From a candidate division FCPU426 bacterium (GTDB lineage Bacteria; Oederibacteriota; PGYV01; Palsa-1178): 64,000 nt of DNA. The stretch spans positions 64,001 to 128,000 of the forward strand of contig CAWIXE010000002.1 of the NCBI GenBank assembly GCA_963840035.1, written 5' to 3'. The position numbers and the translations under genes are program-made. Of the stretch, positions 20,875-30,693 are shown piece by piece; the stretch's first letter is position 1, and each line of letters begins with the position of its first letter. The notes under the pieces are model-generated. The model was not told the origin of the DNA and searched no databases. It saw only the letters and a program-made list of their open reading frames with translations.

Positions 20875-21431
20875 TGATAGAAATAAATCTGATACCCCAA
20901 AAATTAAAGAAGGCCAAACAGATGCAGCTGTTGGTTATGGGCGGAGTTGTTATAGCCGGCGCCATAGTCGCGGGGCTCGCCGGGATCCTTATAATGCAGA
21001 CCAAGCAGATGGCGGATATTGACAGTCAGATAAAACGGATAGACGCGGAATCATCGTCGCTTCAGGATAAAATAGCCGAGGTAAAAAAATACGACGCGGC
21101 TGACGCGGCTTTTAAAGTAAAAATGGCGATAGTTGAAAGGCTCCTTAAGGACCAGTCTTTTTGGCCGGAGTTTATGGACCAGTTAAGCGCGCTTATGCTT
21201 CCCGACATGTGGTTGACCGCAATAACCCAGGGGAAAGACAAGGACGACGGCGTGATAATCCAGGTTACGGGAAGGGCGCTTTCAAAGGTTATAGTCGCTG
21301 ATTTTATCAAGAGGCTTGAAGAGTGCCCGAAGGTCATGGACCTGGCGGCCGCAAAGATAGGCGAAGAAAAGTATAACCTGATGACAGTGTCGAATTTTGA
21401 CATAAGTTTTACCTATAAAAAAGAAAAGTAA
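20874..21431 (+). CDS. pilN: Type IV pilus assembly protein PilN
   Basis: N-terminal INLIP motif, single TM, LPDMWLT; synteny. Confidence 0.85.
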   Translation: MIEINLIPQKLKKAKQMQLLVMGGVVIAGAIVAGLAGILIMQTKQMADIDSQIKRIDAESSSLQDKIAEVKKYDAADAAFKVKMAIVERLLKDQSFWPEFMDQLSALMLPDMWLTAITQGKDKDDGVIIQVTGRALSKVIVADFIKRLEECPKVMDLAAAKIGEEKYNLMTVSNFDISFTYKKEK

Positions 21432-21445
21432 AGGAGAAGACCAAC

Positions 21446-22105
21446 ATGGCAGGACCAGGACAGCCGCCGGCACCACCCAAGTCATCGGGGCCAAAAACCG
21501 CCCCGGGAGCGATTAACATAAAGCTTACACCAAAGCAGCAGCAGAACCTTGTTGCCGTCGTGTTGCTTGTTGGCGCCGTCGGGTTTGGATACTGGAAGTA
21601 CTTCCTGACACCCAATACCATAAAGATAAAGGAAAAATCAGCCATACTTGAGCAGAAGAAAAAGGAATTAAACGACGCAAGGAACATGGTCTCAAAATAT
21701 GACGAATTTTTAAAACGGGCCACGGAAACAAACGAAAAGACCGATTTTATAAACAGACGGCTGCCGATGGACGCATCCATATCGGAGACCATCAAAGAAA
21801 TAACACAGAAGGCTACGGAATCAAACATTAATATCCTCGGGTTTGAACCCGGCAAGGTGACGGCAAAAGACGAATATAAGGAAACGGAAATAAACCTGAA
21901 GTTTTCGACAAGTTATAAAGATCTTGGGGATTTTTTGACGCGTATCGGATATATAGAAAGGCTTACGAATCCGGTCAAGCTTAGCATTAAGGGTATAGAT
22001 CAGGAAGTCGGCGGATGGTCCCCCGTAGCATCGGCTGAAGCCAGAAAAGGAAACATGGACGTCGAGCTTTCAATAAAAATTTATTCTTTTATAAACAAAG
22101 GGTGA
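21446..22105 (+). CDS. pilO: Type IV pilus assembly protein PilO
   Basis: TM, coiled coil, RLP, SYKDLGDFL..I..IERL; synteny. Confidence 0.82.
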   Translation: MAGPGQPPAPPKSSGPKTAPGAINIKLTPKQQQNLVAVVLLVGAVGFGYWKYFLTPNTIKIKEKSAILEQKKKELNDARNMVSKYDEFLKRATETNEKTDFINRRLPMDASISETIKEITQKATESNINILGFEPGKVTAKDEYKETEINLKFSTSYKDLGDFLTRIGYIERLTNPVKLSIKGIDQEVGGWSPVASAEARKGNMDVELSIKIYSFINKG

Positions 22106-22112
22106 TGGCCAA

Positions 22113-22616
22113 ATGATGAAGAAAGAAGGCAGGTTTCTAAAAGCGGTGTTTCTGGCGGCAGCGGTATTTTTATCCGCGGCAGTTATGCCATCATTTTCAT
22201 TTGCCGAAGAAAACAACTCACTTTTTGAGATCAAACCGCTGTATGTTTTTCAGAATAAGGGCAGCAGGGATCCTTTTATACCAAGGTATAAGACAGGGGT
22301 TTTTCCTTCGGCCCTTACGGTCGATATATCCACTTTCTCACTCCTGGGTATCACGGAAAGCAGGGGCGAGAAAGCCGCTCTTTTTAAAAGCAAGAGCGGA
22401 GTTCAGCTGGGTTATGTATTTATGAACGGAAAGCTTATGGCTGAAAATGACGTTAACGTATCTGATGTGGCCGGAGAATTCAGGGGTTCTATGGAAATTT
22501 TGCTAAGGCAGGGCGACAAAGAAGTGCTCTTCAAGCTTGCCAAGCAGCCGACGACCAGCCCGAATATCAGGCCTGATGACATAGAAACCGGGAAACAAAT
22601 ACCGGGCGAGTACTAA
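22113..22616 (+). CDS. PilP-like protein
   Basis: Signal peptide, RDPF motif, L.GI; position between pilO and pilQ. Confidence 0.6.
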   Translation: MMKKEGRFLKAVFLAAAVFLSAAVMPSFSFAEENNSLFEIKPLYVFQNKGSRDPFIPRYKTGVFPSALTVDISTFSLLGITESRGEKAALFKSKSGVQLGYVFMNGKLMAENDVNVSDVAGEFRGSMEILLRQGDKEVLFKLAKQPTTSPNIRPDDIETGKQIPGEY

Positions 22617-22647
22617 TACATAATTATATTTTAAAATTTTAGGAGGC

Positions 22648-23274
22648 ATGATGAAGCTAAAAAAGAATTTGTTAATGCTGTCCATGACGGTGTTAATTTC
22701 ATTGGCGTTTCTGCCTTTTTCATACGGGGCTGACGAGGACTTTATCAGCGTGTCACCCGTGGAAAAAGAGGATGCGGGAAAAGCGCTTGAAGCAGGCGCT
22801 GTTGACAAGGGCGTGGTAAAGGCGGAAGAACCTGCCGCGACTGCGGTGCCTGTAAAAAAGGAAGAACCAGCGGCTGAGACTCCGTCTTCAGGAGACAGGG
22901 TGGAAAAAGTTTTAACGCTCGACTTGAAAGATAAAATCGAAGTCAGGATCATAACCACGAACCAGGTAAAATATAAAGCCACAGAACTTGCGGCGCCGCC
23001 AAACCCGAGGATACTTGTCCAGCTTTCAGATTGCGGAGTCAAGGGCGAAACAACGTCCGTAAACAAAGGCGGGGTCAGCAAGGTAAGGAGCGCGCCCCAT
23101 GGAACCACGGCGTGGGTTGTTGTGGACCTTAAGTCAAAGCAGAAATGGGACATCACACAGGACGGTTCGAAAATATCCGTAAACATACCAAAATCAGGAG
23201 GAGCCGAAGAGGCTTCATCCGCGGGCGGGGAAGAGCAGGCAGCGAGCCGCCAGCCAGGAAGCCCGGATCAATGA
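22648..23274 (+). CDS. Signal peptide plus AMIN-like domain; probable N-terminal part of PilQ separated by a frameshift
   Basis: Signal peptide; NPRILVQL...VSKVR...WVVVDL AMIN pattern; overlaps the next ORF. Confidence 0.7.
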   Translation: MMKLKKNLLMLSMTVLISLAFLPFSYGADEDFISVSPVEKEDAGKALEAGAVDKGVVKAEEPAATAVPVKKEEPAAETPSSGDRVEKVLTLDLKDKIEVRIITTNQVKYKATELAAPPNPRILVQLSDCGVKGETTSVNKGGVSKVRSAPHGTTAWVVVDLKSKQKWDITQDGSKISVNIPKSGGAEEASSAGGEEQAASRQPGSPDQ

Positions 23275-25010
23275 TGTACAGGATAGTGGATGTCAATGGC
23301 AAAAGCCTTGAGAAAAAAACAAGGGTCATAATAACGACTGACGGCCCGGCAAAATACAGGGTGAAAAAAGATACTGAAAAAAAGCAGCTTGTTATAACTG
23401 TGATTGACGCGGTATCAATTTGGCCGAAAAGTTCCGTCACTTTTGATACAGGCTCGGTTGATAAAGTTTCATTAAGGGAGTCGGCGGCGGACAAGACCGT
23501 GGACGTCACGCTTAATATGAACGAGAACGCGCCTTATTCCGTTACAAGGGACCAGAACCAGATAGTCGTGGACATCGACAAAGTTTCGTCCGGAAACAAG
23601 GTAACAAACCGCAGGCTGGATTTGTACCAGAAGATATCAATAAATGTCCAGGACGCCTCGATAAATTCCATATTAAGGCTGCTTTCGGCGCAGTCGGGTT
23701 TTGAATTTACGATTGGGCCTTCGGCTTCGACTATTATGGCAATCACATTGCGCGAAGAGAATCAGACGCTTGAGCAGGTATTAAAGGACCTGCTGACACC
23801 CAGCGCGTTATACTACGAGATAGAGGGAAACATTATCAGGGTCGGAAGCATCGCCGAATTAAAAGGGGCAAAGTCGTTAAAACCGAAGATGCGTAAATTC
23901 TATAATCCAAGGACCATGAAGGCCGAAGAATTGAACCAGCTTCTGCTTACAACGCTCTCAAAGGAGCCCCTGATGGACGCGGTAATACAGATAGATAAGA
24001 GTCAGGGAGAGGGAAGGCTGCTTATAGTGGGCATAGAATCAGACATTGATAAGGTAATGGAGATGATACGCACCATGGACGGCGGAGGCGCATCGGATTC
24101 TGAAGATTTTTCCGAAGGCGGCGTAAAGACAAAAGTTTTCAAACTGCAGTATGTATATCCCACTACGCTTATGGAAACGGTTAAATTATTTTCCAGCGAT
24201 ACCGCTAAAATAATCGCCGACAACAGGACTTCCAGCATAATAATCACCGATAATGTAAAATACCTTAAAAAAATTGAGGGCCTTATTAAGAAACTTGATG
24301 TGAAGATCAAGCAGGTTATCATTGAGGCAAAGCTTTATGAAGTCGATGTAAACTCGCTCAAAAACATCGGTATAAGATGGTCAGCTGAAAATCAGGCTGC
24401 AAACCCGCACATACTCGGGGATGTCGTGGCAAATCCCCTATCCGGGGCAGGCGAGCTGGTTGTGGGACTGCTGCAGAACGGCATGAAGGTGAGCGCGATT
24501 ATAGACGCCCTTGAAAGCAACAATAAAGCCACGCTGTTATCATCACCAAGGATAGCCGTAAGCGATAATGATACGGCGACTATCGAAACAACAAGGACCA
24601 CTTACTACCAGACGACGGAGGTAGTAAATTCCACAAGCGGTTCGACCGTAGCCACAAAATACAATCCGATACAGCTGCCCATAAAGCTTCTGGTAGGCGC
24701 TAAAATTTCCGACAACAAGACTATATTGATGAGCATCCAGCTTGAGGTATCAAAGATACTAACCGCTGTTACCGGCGGCGCACCCCCTGATACCGCATTA
24801 CAGAAAGCAAATACAATGGTTTCGGCTATGAACAATGAAACTGTGGTAATCGGCGGGCTGGTAACTGAGTCTGTAACAGTTCAGGAAGATAAGGTGCCTT
24901 TCCTCGGGGACCTTCCGCTGCTTGGCGGATTATTCAGGGGATCCAAGACATCAAGGGATAAGGTCGAGCTCGTGGTATTCTTAACACCGATGATTATAGA
25001 AGAAGAATAA
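23271..25010 (+). CDS. pilQ: Type IV pilus secretin PilQ (AMIN, N-domains, secretin domain); no signal peptide in this frame (open from 23145)
   Basis: DNRTSSIII, QVIIEAKL, LLSSPRI, ETVVIGGL, KVPFLGDLPLLGGLF, ELVVFLTP. Confidence 0.9.
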   Translation: MMYRIVDVNGKSLEKKTRVIITTDGPAKYRVKKDTEKKQLVITVIDAVSIWPKSSVTFDTGSVDKVSLRESAADKTVDVTLNMNENAPYSVTRDQNQIVVDIDKVSSGNKVTNRRLDLYQKISINVQDASINSILRLLSAQSGFEFTIGPSASTIMAITLREENQTLEQVLKDLLTPSALYYEIEGNIIRVGSIAELKGAKSLKPKMRKFYNPRTMKAEELNQLLLTTLSKEPLMDAVIQIDKSQGEGRLLIVGIESDIDKVMEMIRTMDGGGASDSEDFSEGGVKTKVFKLQYVYPTTLMETVKLFSSDTAKIIADNRTSSIIITDNVKYLKKIEGLIKKLDVKIKQVIIEAKLYEVDVNSLKNIGIRWSAENQAANPHILGDVVANPLSGAGELVVGLLQNGMKVSAIIDALESNNKATLLSSPRIAVSDNDTATIETTRTTYYQTTEVVNSTSGSTVATKYNPIQLPIKLLVGAKISDNKTILMSIQLEVSKILTAVTGGAPPDTALQKANTMVSAMNNETVVIGGLVTESVTVQEDKVPFLGDLPLLGGLFRGSKTSRDKVELVVFLTPMIIEEE

Positions 25011-25031
25011 AATATGTGAATCAACAAAAGT

Positions 25032-25058
25032 GCCGCGGTTAAATACCGCGGCTTTTTT
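25032..25058 (+). terminator. Rho-independent terminator
   Basis: gccgcggt-taaat-accgcggc followed by T6. Confidence 0.75.
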
Positions 25059-25076
25059 GTTAGAAGGCGGTTTTAA

Positions 25077-26255
25077 ATGCTCAGATACATGACAGCCGGC
25101 GAGTCCCATGGCAAAGGCCTCGTTATTATAATTGACGGGGTGCCATCCGGAATTAAGTTCGGAGAGAAGGATATTAATGAGTTCCTTTCTGAAAGGCAGA
25201 AAGGTTTCGGCAGGGGAGGCCGCCAGAGGATAGAGAGCGACTATGCCGAGATCATATCGGGTGTGCGTTTCGGAAAGACAACGGGCGCGCCCGTTTCTGT
25301 AATGGTGGAAAACAGGGATTATAAGAACTGGGAAAAGGTTCTATCTATAAACGAACCTGAAGGGAAAATAAATGAGTTTAACGTTCCAAGGCCGGGGCAC
25401 GCGGATTTAGCCGGAGGGATTAAATATAACCATCATGATTTCAGGAATGTCCTTGAAAGGGCAAGCGCCAGGGAGACTGCGGCTAGGGTAATAGCCGGAG
25501 CCTTAGCAAAAGCTGTTCTGCGTGAGTTTTCCATAGATGTTTTCGGGTATGTCATTAACATCGCCGGGGTTTTAACCGACGATGACACAGGCCTTGATAT
25601 AGCAGGGATAAAGGAACTTATAGGCGGCGTCAACAAAAAATATAAGGCTGATTTAAGGTTCCCCGGCATGCAGGAAGCGCCTGTCATAATTAGAAAGATC
25701 GAGGCGGCGTCAGCCGAAGGGGATACAATAGGCGGAGTGGTAAAAGTAATCACATCGCCGCTGCCAATCGGGCTCGGGGACTATACACAGTGGGATAAAA
25801 AACTTGACGCGTCCATTGCGCGTTCCTTAATGAGCATACAGGCGATAAAAGGCGTGGAGTTCGGTCTCGGATTCTCGAGCGCCGGCGTGCCCGGGTCAAG
25901 GGTCCATGATAAGATACTCTATTCAAAAAGCGCCGGATTCCACAGGCTTTCAAATAATGCCGGCGGAATTGAAGGCGGCATGTCAAACGGCATGCCCATA
26001 GTCGTAAAAGCGGCCATGAAGCCCATATCCACGGTTAAAAAAGGAATTGAGTCGGTCAATGCCAAAACCAAGAAAAAGGTAAAGACGGTGTACGAGCGTT
26101 CGGATATCTGCGCTGTGCCGGCCGCGTCCATTGTGGCGGAAGCCGCGGTAGCTTTTGAAGTGGCGTCGGCTTTCCTGGAGAGGTTCGGGGCTTCAAATCT
26201 GACGGAGTTGAAGTCAAATTATGCAAATTATTTAAGGTTTGTCAAAGCATACTGA
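25077..26255 (+). CDS. aroC: Chorismate synthase
   Basis: TAGESHG, RPGHAD, ERASARETA, GGIEGGMSNG, MKPIST, RSD. Confidence 0.96.
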   Translation: MLRYMTAGESHGKGLVIIIDGVPSGIKFGEKDINEFLSERQKGFGRGGRQRIESDYAEIISGVRFGKTTGAPVSVMVENRDYKNWEKVLSINEPEGKINEFNVPRPGHADLAGGIKYNHHDFRNVLERASARETAARVIAGALAKAVLREFSIDVFGYVINIAGVLTDDDTGLDIAGIKELIGGVNKKYKADLRFPGMQEAPVIIRKIEAASAEGDTIGGVVKVITSPLPIGLGDYTQWDKKLDASIARSLMSIQAIKGVEFGLGFSSAGVPGSRVHDKILYSKSAGFHRLSNNAGGIEGGMSNGMPIVVKAAMKPISTVKKGIESVNAKTKKKVKTVYERSDICAVPAASIVAEAAVAFEVASAFLERFGASNLTELKSNYANYLRFVKAY

Positions 26256-26256
26256 C

Positions 26257-26781
26257 ATGGAAAATATAATACTCATAGGTTTCATGGGCAGCGGAAAGAC
26301 GTCCATAGGAAGGGAACTAGCGCGCATAACCGGATTTAAATACGCGGATATGGATAAAATGATAGTTAAGCACAAAGGCATGTCCATAAAAAAAATATTT
26401 GCTTTATACGGCGAGGATGCTTTCAGGGATATTGAAAGCCTGATGGTAAAAAAAGCGGCAAAGATGAAAAAGGCCGTCATTGCCACGGGCGGCGGGGTGG
26501 TAAAAAGGGAAGGCAACATAAAACTGCTCCGCAAAGCAGGGACAGTGGTATACTTAAAGACGGGATTTGATGCGATTGTGGAGCGCATCAGGGAGCGGGA
26601 TGACAGGCCGCTTTTTGACATGAATAATTTAAACGCCACAAAGATGCTTTATAAAGGCAGGCTGCCGGTTTACAGCAAGGCGGCACACTTTACAATAGTC
26701 ACGGAAAAGCACACGGTAAAGAGCGCGGCAAAAGCCATATTAAAAAAGGCGGGTTTGAATTTTGAAAAAAATAAGGGTTAA
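26257..26781 (+). CDS. aroK: Shikimate kinase
   Basis: LIGFMGSGKT, GE..FR..E, ATGGG, RPL. Confidence 0.94.
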   Translation: MENIILIGFMGSGKTSIGRELARITGFKYADMDKMIVKHKGMSIKKIFALYGEDAFRDIESLMVKKAAKMKKAVIATGGGVVKREGNIKLLRKAGTVVYLKTGFDAIVERIRERDDRPLFDMNNLNATKMLYKGRLPVYSKAAHFTIVTEKHTVKSAAKAILKKAGLNFEKNKG

Positions 26782-27874
26782 ACTTAAAAGCAATCCATAC
26801 AATGTATACATCGGAAGCGGCATATTGCCGCTGGCCGGAGAGCTTCTGCGCGGCCTTATCAAAGGCAAAAAAGTGATGATAGTATCAAATAAAAAAGTGT
26901 ACGGCTGCCACGGGGCGGCGTTAAAGGCCGCGCTTTCAAAACATTTTGAGACAAGCGTGCACCTCATGCCTGACGGGGAAAAACATAAGACATTAAAGAC
27001 CACACAAGCCATTTATAACGCCTGCGCGAAAAACAACCTCGACCGTTATTCCGCCATAGTGGCGCTTGGCGGCGGTGTGACCGGCGATGTGGCCGGCTTT
27101 GCGGCTGCCACTTATATGAGGGGCATTCCCGTGGTGCAGGTGCCCACATCGCTTATTGCCATGGCTGATTCATCCATGGGCGGAAAAACAGGGGTGGACA
27201 TACCGGCCGGGAAAAATCTGATTGGCGCTTTTCATCAGCCGCTTTTTGTCCTGATGGATACTGACACGTTAAACACCCTTCCGGAAGAAGAATACAAAAA
27301 CGGGCTGGCAGAGGTGATAAAACACGGCATAATACTGGACCGTAATTATTTCAATTTTATTAAAAACAACAAAATGAAAATTTTGAAAAAGGACAAAAAT
27401 GCGGTTTTAAGGATGGTCACAGGCTCTGCTAAGATAAAGGCCGCGGTTGTGGCTGCCGATGAAAAAGAAACAAAGGGGCTAAGGGCTGCCCTTAACTACG
27501 GACACACCATAGGCCACGCCATAGAGGCTGCGGCAGGCTTTAAATCGTATAAACACGGCCAGGCCATAGTCTTGGGGATGATTGCGGCGGCTAAGATAGC
27601 GAAAAACCTGGGTATTTGCGGGGAAAAGACCGTAAATGAGCAAATCAAAGTGTTTAATTCGTTTAATTTAATCAAACCTTTAAAGAACTTAAGAATTGAT
27701 AATATAATCAAAAGGTTGTACAATGACAAGAAGGCAAAAGACGGGGAAATAAGATTTATATTGACAAAGGAAATAGGGCGTGTTAAATTGATTAAAATTG
27801 TACCTATTACTGTTATAAAATCAGAGCTAAAGAATTTATACATCAGAGAGGTGTTATCTTTATATGGCGAATGA
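26762..27874 (+). CDS. aroB: 3-dehydroquinate synthase
   Basis: GGGVTGD.AGFAAATYMRG, DSS.GGKT, LNYGHT.GHA.E, HG.A...GM, DKK. Confidence 0.95.
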   Translation: MKKIRVKLKSNPYNVYIGSGILPLAGELLRGLIKGKKVMIVSNKKVYGCHGAALKAALSKHFETSVHLMPDGEKHKTLKTTQAIYNACAKNNLDRYSAIVALGGGVTGDVAGFAAATYMRGIPVVQVPTSLIAMADSSMGGKTGVDIPAGKNLIGAFHQPLFVLMDTDTLNTLPEEEYKNGLAEVIKHGIILDRNYFNFIKNNKMKILKKDKNAVLRMVTGSAKIKAAVVAADEKETKGLRAALNYGHTIGHAIEAAAGFKSYKHGQAIVLGMIAAAKIAKNLGICGEKTVNEQIKVFNSFNLIKPLKNLRIDNIIKRLYNDKKAKDGEIRFILTKEIGRVKLIKIVPITVIKSELKNLYIREVLSLYGE

Positions 27875-29171
27875 TGCCATGGCAGAAGTTGATGAACTAA
27901 AGAAAAGGTTGTCGCAAAATCCTGACTCTCTGATTTTTGTACCGCTTGCGGATGCTTACAGGAAGGCCGGCTTGCTTCAGGAAGCCATAGACGTATGTAA
28001 AAAAGGGCTTGAAAAACACCCGACATATATGTCGGCGAGGGTTGTTCTTGGCAGGGTTTACGGAGAGAAGGACATGCTTGACGAGGCCATAGACGAGTTA
28101 AGAAGGGTCGAGGCTGTCGATGTGGACAATATCATGGTGCACTCCATGCTTGGCAATGTATACCTCAAAAAAAAAATGTACGCCCAGGCTATCGAGCAGT
28201 TTCAGAGGGTGCTGTCATTAAATCCTGAGGATTCGGAAACACAGGATAAGCTCCAGGAAGCGCTCTCGGCAAAACAGGAACCGTCCAAAACCGAAGCCCC
28301 GAAAGCTGCGGCTCCAAAACCTGAACCGCCAAAACCTGCGGCACCGAAAGTGGAACCGCCGAAGCCGGTGTCAGACCCGAAGCTTGATACTATAAAGTCC
28401 ATGAAAGCAGCGGAATTATACACTAAGAAGGAAGAATTCGATAAGGCGATTGAAATATATAAAGAGCTCCTTGATAATGACCCGGGCAATGTTGTGATAG
28501 AGCAGCGTCTCCGCGAAGTTTACGACTTCCAGAACAAGAAACTTGAGAAGTCCAGGGCAAAGGCCGCTGAACCGCAGAGGAAACCCGACGCTGATAAGCT
28601 GACCAATGAAGACATACTTGACATAATGAAAAACGCAGTGGAAGACGTAAAGGTCGATGACGAACCGGCAAAACCGGCGCCGGCGGCCGTAAAACCCGCG
28701 GAGCCCAAAAAGGAAACACCGGCACCCGCGCCTGCAGCTCCTAAGCCGGCGGAAACAAAAAAAGAAACACCGCCGCCTGCAGCGAAGGCTGAAGTAAAGC
28801 AGATTGAACCGGATAAAGCAAGAAAACTTGAGGATGTCCTGCACGCCTTAAACAGCGTGGAAGGCATCGTGGGAAGCTTTTTCCTGCTGCGCGACGGAAC
28901 AATAGTCGCGAGCGTGCTTCCGAAAAATATTAACGGCGCAGAGATAGGCAAATTGATAGCATCCATAGTTGAAAAGACAGAGCACTCGGTGAAAGCCATG
29001 AACCAGGGCAAGTTGAACCAGGTGGTCATATCATCGGAAACCGGACAGCTGCTCTTTACCGAAGTCTTAACCGGCGTGCTTTTCATGATAGGCAACGAGC
29101 AGATAAATGTAGGAAAAATGAGGCTCATGTTAAAAGATGTCATTGAGCAGATAAAAACCGTCCTTGCTTAA
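27864..29171 (+). CDS. TPR protein with Pro/Ala/Lys linkers and a C-terminal Roadblock/LC7 (MglB-like) domain
   Basis: TPR repeats (LADAYRKAG...); PKPA linkers; C-terminal VEGIVGSFFLLRDG...GKLNQVVIS...NVGKMRL. Confidence 0.8.
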   Translation: MANDAMAEVDELKKRLSQNPDSLIFVPLADAYRKAGLLQEAIDVCKKGLEKHPTYMSARVVLGRVYGEKDMLDEAIDELRRVEAVDVDNIMVHSMLGNVYLKKKMYAQAIEQFQRVLSLNPEDSETQDKLQEALSAKQEPSKTEAPKAAAPKPEPPKPAAPKVEPPKPVSDPKLDTIKSMKAAELYTKKEEFDKAIEIYKELLDNDPGNVVIEQRLREVYDFQNKKLEKSRAKAAEPQRKPDADKLTNEDILDIMKNAVEDVKVDDEPAKPAPAAVKPAEPKKETPAPAPAAPKPAETKKETPPPAAKAEVKQIEPDKARKLEDVLHALNSVEGIVGSFFLLRDGTIVASVLPKNINGAEIGKLIASIVEKTEHSVKAMNQGKLNQVVISSETGQLLFTEVLTGVLFMIGNEQINVGKMRLMLKDVIEQIKTVLA

Positions 29172-29193
29172 AGGGCGCGGAGGAAATATATAA

Positions 29194-29550
29194 ATGGATT
29201 TTAAAAGCCTGCTTCAAAAAGTTGTAGAGAGTGTTGACGGCGCCATGGGCGCCGCCGTGATAGGCGAGGACGGTATAGCCATAGACCAGTTTTCCGCCAA
29301 GTCCGATTTTGACATTACAGCCGCAGGCGCGGAGTACTCCACCATAATATCAAGCGCAAGGAAAGCGTCAACCAGCTTCGGCCTGGGAAAAACCAATGAA
29401 GTCCTCATATCCACGGAAAAAGCCACGATGATCATGATGGTCGTCGGCGCGAGCTACTTCGTGACACTGGCTTTAAGCCTCGACGGCAACCTCGGCCGCG
29501 GAAGGCTTGAACTGAAAAAAGCCATTCCGGAACTGGAAAAGCTGCTTTAA
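29194..29550 (+). CDS. mglC: Roadblock/LC7 protein, MglC-like
   Basis: F...L..VV..V.GA....VIG.DGI.ID...EY...YF..LAL..DGN.G.GR pattern matches my recollection of M. xanthus MglC; located downstream of pilQ. Confidence 0.7.
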   Translation: MDFKSLLQKVVESVDGAMGAAVIGEDGIAIDQFSAKSDFDITAAGAEYSTIISSARKASTSFGLGKTNEVLISTEKATMIMMVVGASYFVTLALSLDGNLGRGRLELKKAIPELEKLL

Positions 29551-30329
29551 TGTTTTTAAGGGCGCTTAACCGCAGCTTCTGGGTCCTGTATGATAATCTC
29601 TTAAAGGGCATAGTGATTAACGTCATTTTATTCGCCCTGTACCTCGCCGCTTTTTACCTCCTCTGGTCCAATAAAATGACCGTGCCGGCTTTGTTTTTAG
29701 TCGGGCTTCTCTGGCACATTTTCACCCCGGCAGTCATACACTACTATATTAAAATTATCAGGATGGATGACAATAAAGGCATGTGGGGAGAACTCTGGGA
29801 AGGGCTTAAACTTTTCTGGTGGCGCGGCATTGTCATATACGCGCTGCTGGCGGCCATGATATTCCTAGCATTCATAGCTTTTAATTTTTATAAGGCCCAC
29901 TCCTCCAATATCCTGGCATTAATCGCCGGCGGCATCGGCATATGGGCCATAATTTCCTTTATCCTCATGCAGATATACCTGATGCCCATCATGGTAATGG
30001 ACGAGAAAAGAAGAATATGGTCCTCGTACAAAAAATCAGTCATCATGCTTTTATCAGCCCCGTTCTCGTCAATATTTACGGCCGCTGTCATGGCCTTCTT
30101 TTTCATGCTATTTTTCCCGGTAACATCCGCGCTGCGCATGGGCTGGGTGGTATACGCTACCATGTTCCCCATATTTCTAATGCCGTTTTTGACCCTGGTA
30201 TTTAATATCCTAATGCAGCTTAATTCAGCCATGCTTATTTATGAAAAACACGGTGTCAATCCGCCCTTAACCGAAATATGGGAGAAGAGGGACTTGTCCA
30301 ACTTATTCAGGCCGTGGGAGGTCAAATGA
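29550..30329 (+). CDS. Integral membrane protein (DUF624/YesL-like)
   Basis: About 6 TM helices; coupled to its neighbours. Confidence 0.6.
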   Translation: MFLRALNRSFWVLYDNLLKGIVINVILFALYLAAFYLLWSNKMTVPALFLVGLLWHIFTPAVIHYYIKIIRMDDNKGMWGELWEGLKLFWWRGIVIYALLAAMIFLAFIAFNFYKAHSSNILALIAGGIGIWAIISFILMQIYLMPIMVMDEKRRIWSSYKKSVIMLLSAPFSSIFTAAVMAFFFMLFFPVTSALRMGWVVYATMFPIFLMPFLTLVFNILMQLNSAMLIYEKHGVNPPLTEIWEKRDLSNLFRPWEVK

Positions 30330-30643
30330 CCATGGCAGCCCGCTGGCACGAGAGAAAGTCCTCGGGTTATGACGGAAGCAAGGCCATAAGGTTCATAATA
30401 ATCTTCATCATAGCCATAGGCGTTATCTTCCTTGCCAAAAATATCATGAGCTATATGAACATGAAAAGCCAGCGCGACAACATGCGCGTGGAAATAGAAG
30501 AACTCAAAAAATCCAACGAAGAACTCTCCGCCAAGGTAAATAATCTTTACAACGACAAGGAATACATCGAAAAAAAAGCGCGCGAAAAACTTAACCTGAT
30601 CAAAGATGGGGAGACCGTAATAATAATAAAAAAGGATAAGTAG
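30326..30643 (+). CDS. Septum formation initiator (FtsB/DivIC family)
   Basis: TM, coiled coil, YIEKKAREKLNLIKDGE. Confidence 0.85.
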   Translation: MTMAARWHERKSSGYDGSKAIRFIIIFIIAIGVIFLAKNIMSYMNMKSQRDNMRVEIEELKKSNEELSAKVNNLYNDKEYIEKKAREKLNLIKDGETVIIIKKDK

Positions 30644-30693
30644 CGCTTCAGTCTTGTCAAAAAAACGAATTTTATGAAATATAACAATCTGGA

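Noticed and set aside
23221..23274. Programmed -1 ribosomal frameshift in pilQ
   Set aside because: No canonical X XXY YYZ slippery heptamer with a downstream structure identified; other indels in the window favour assembly error.
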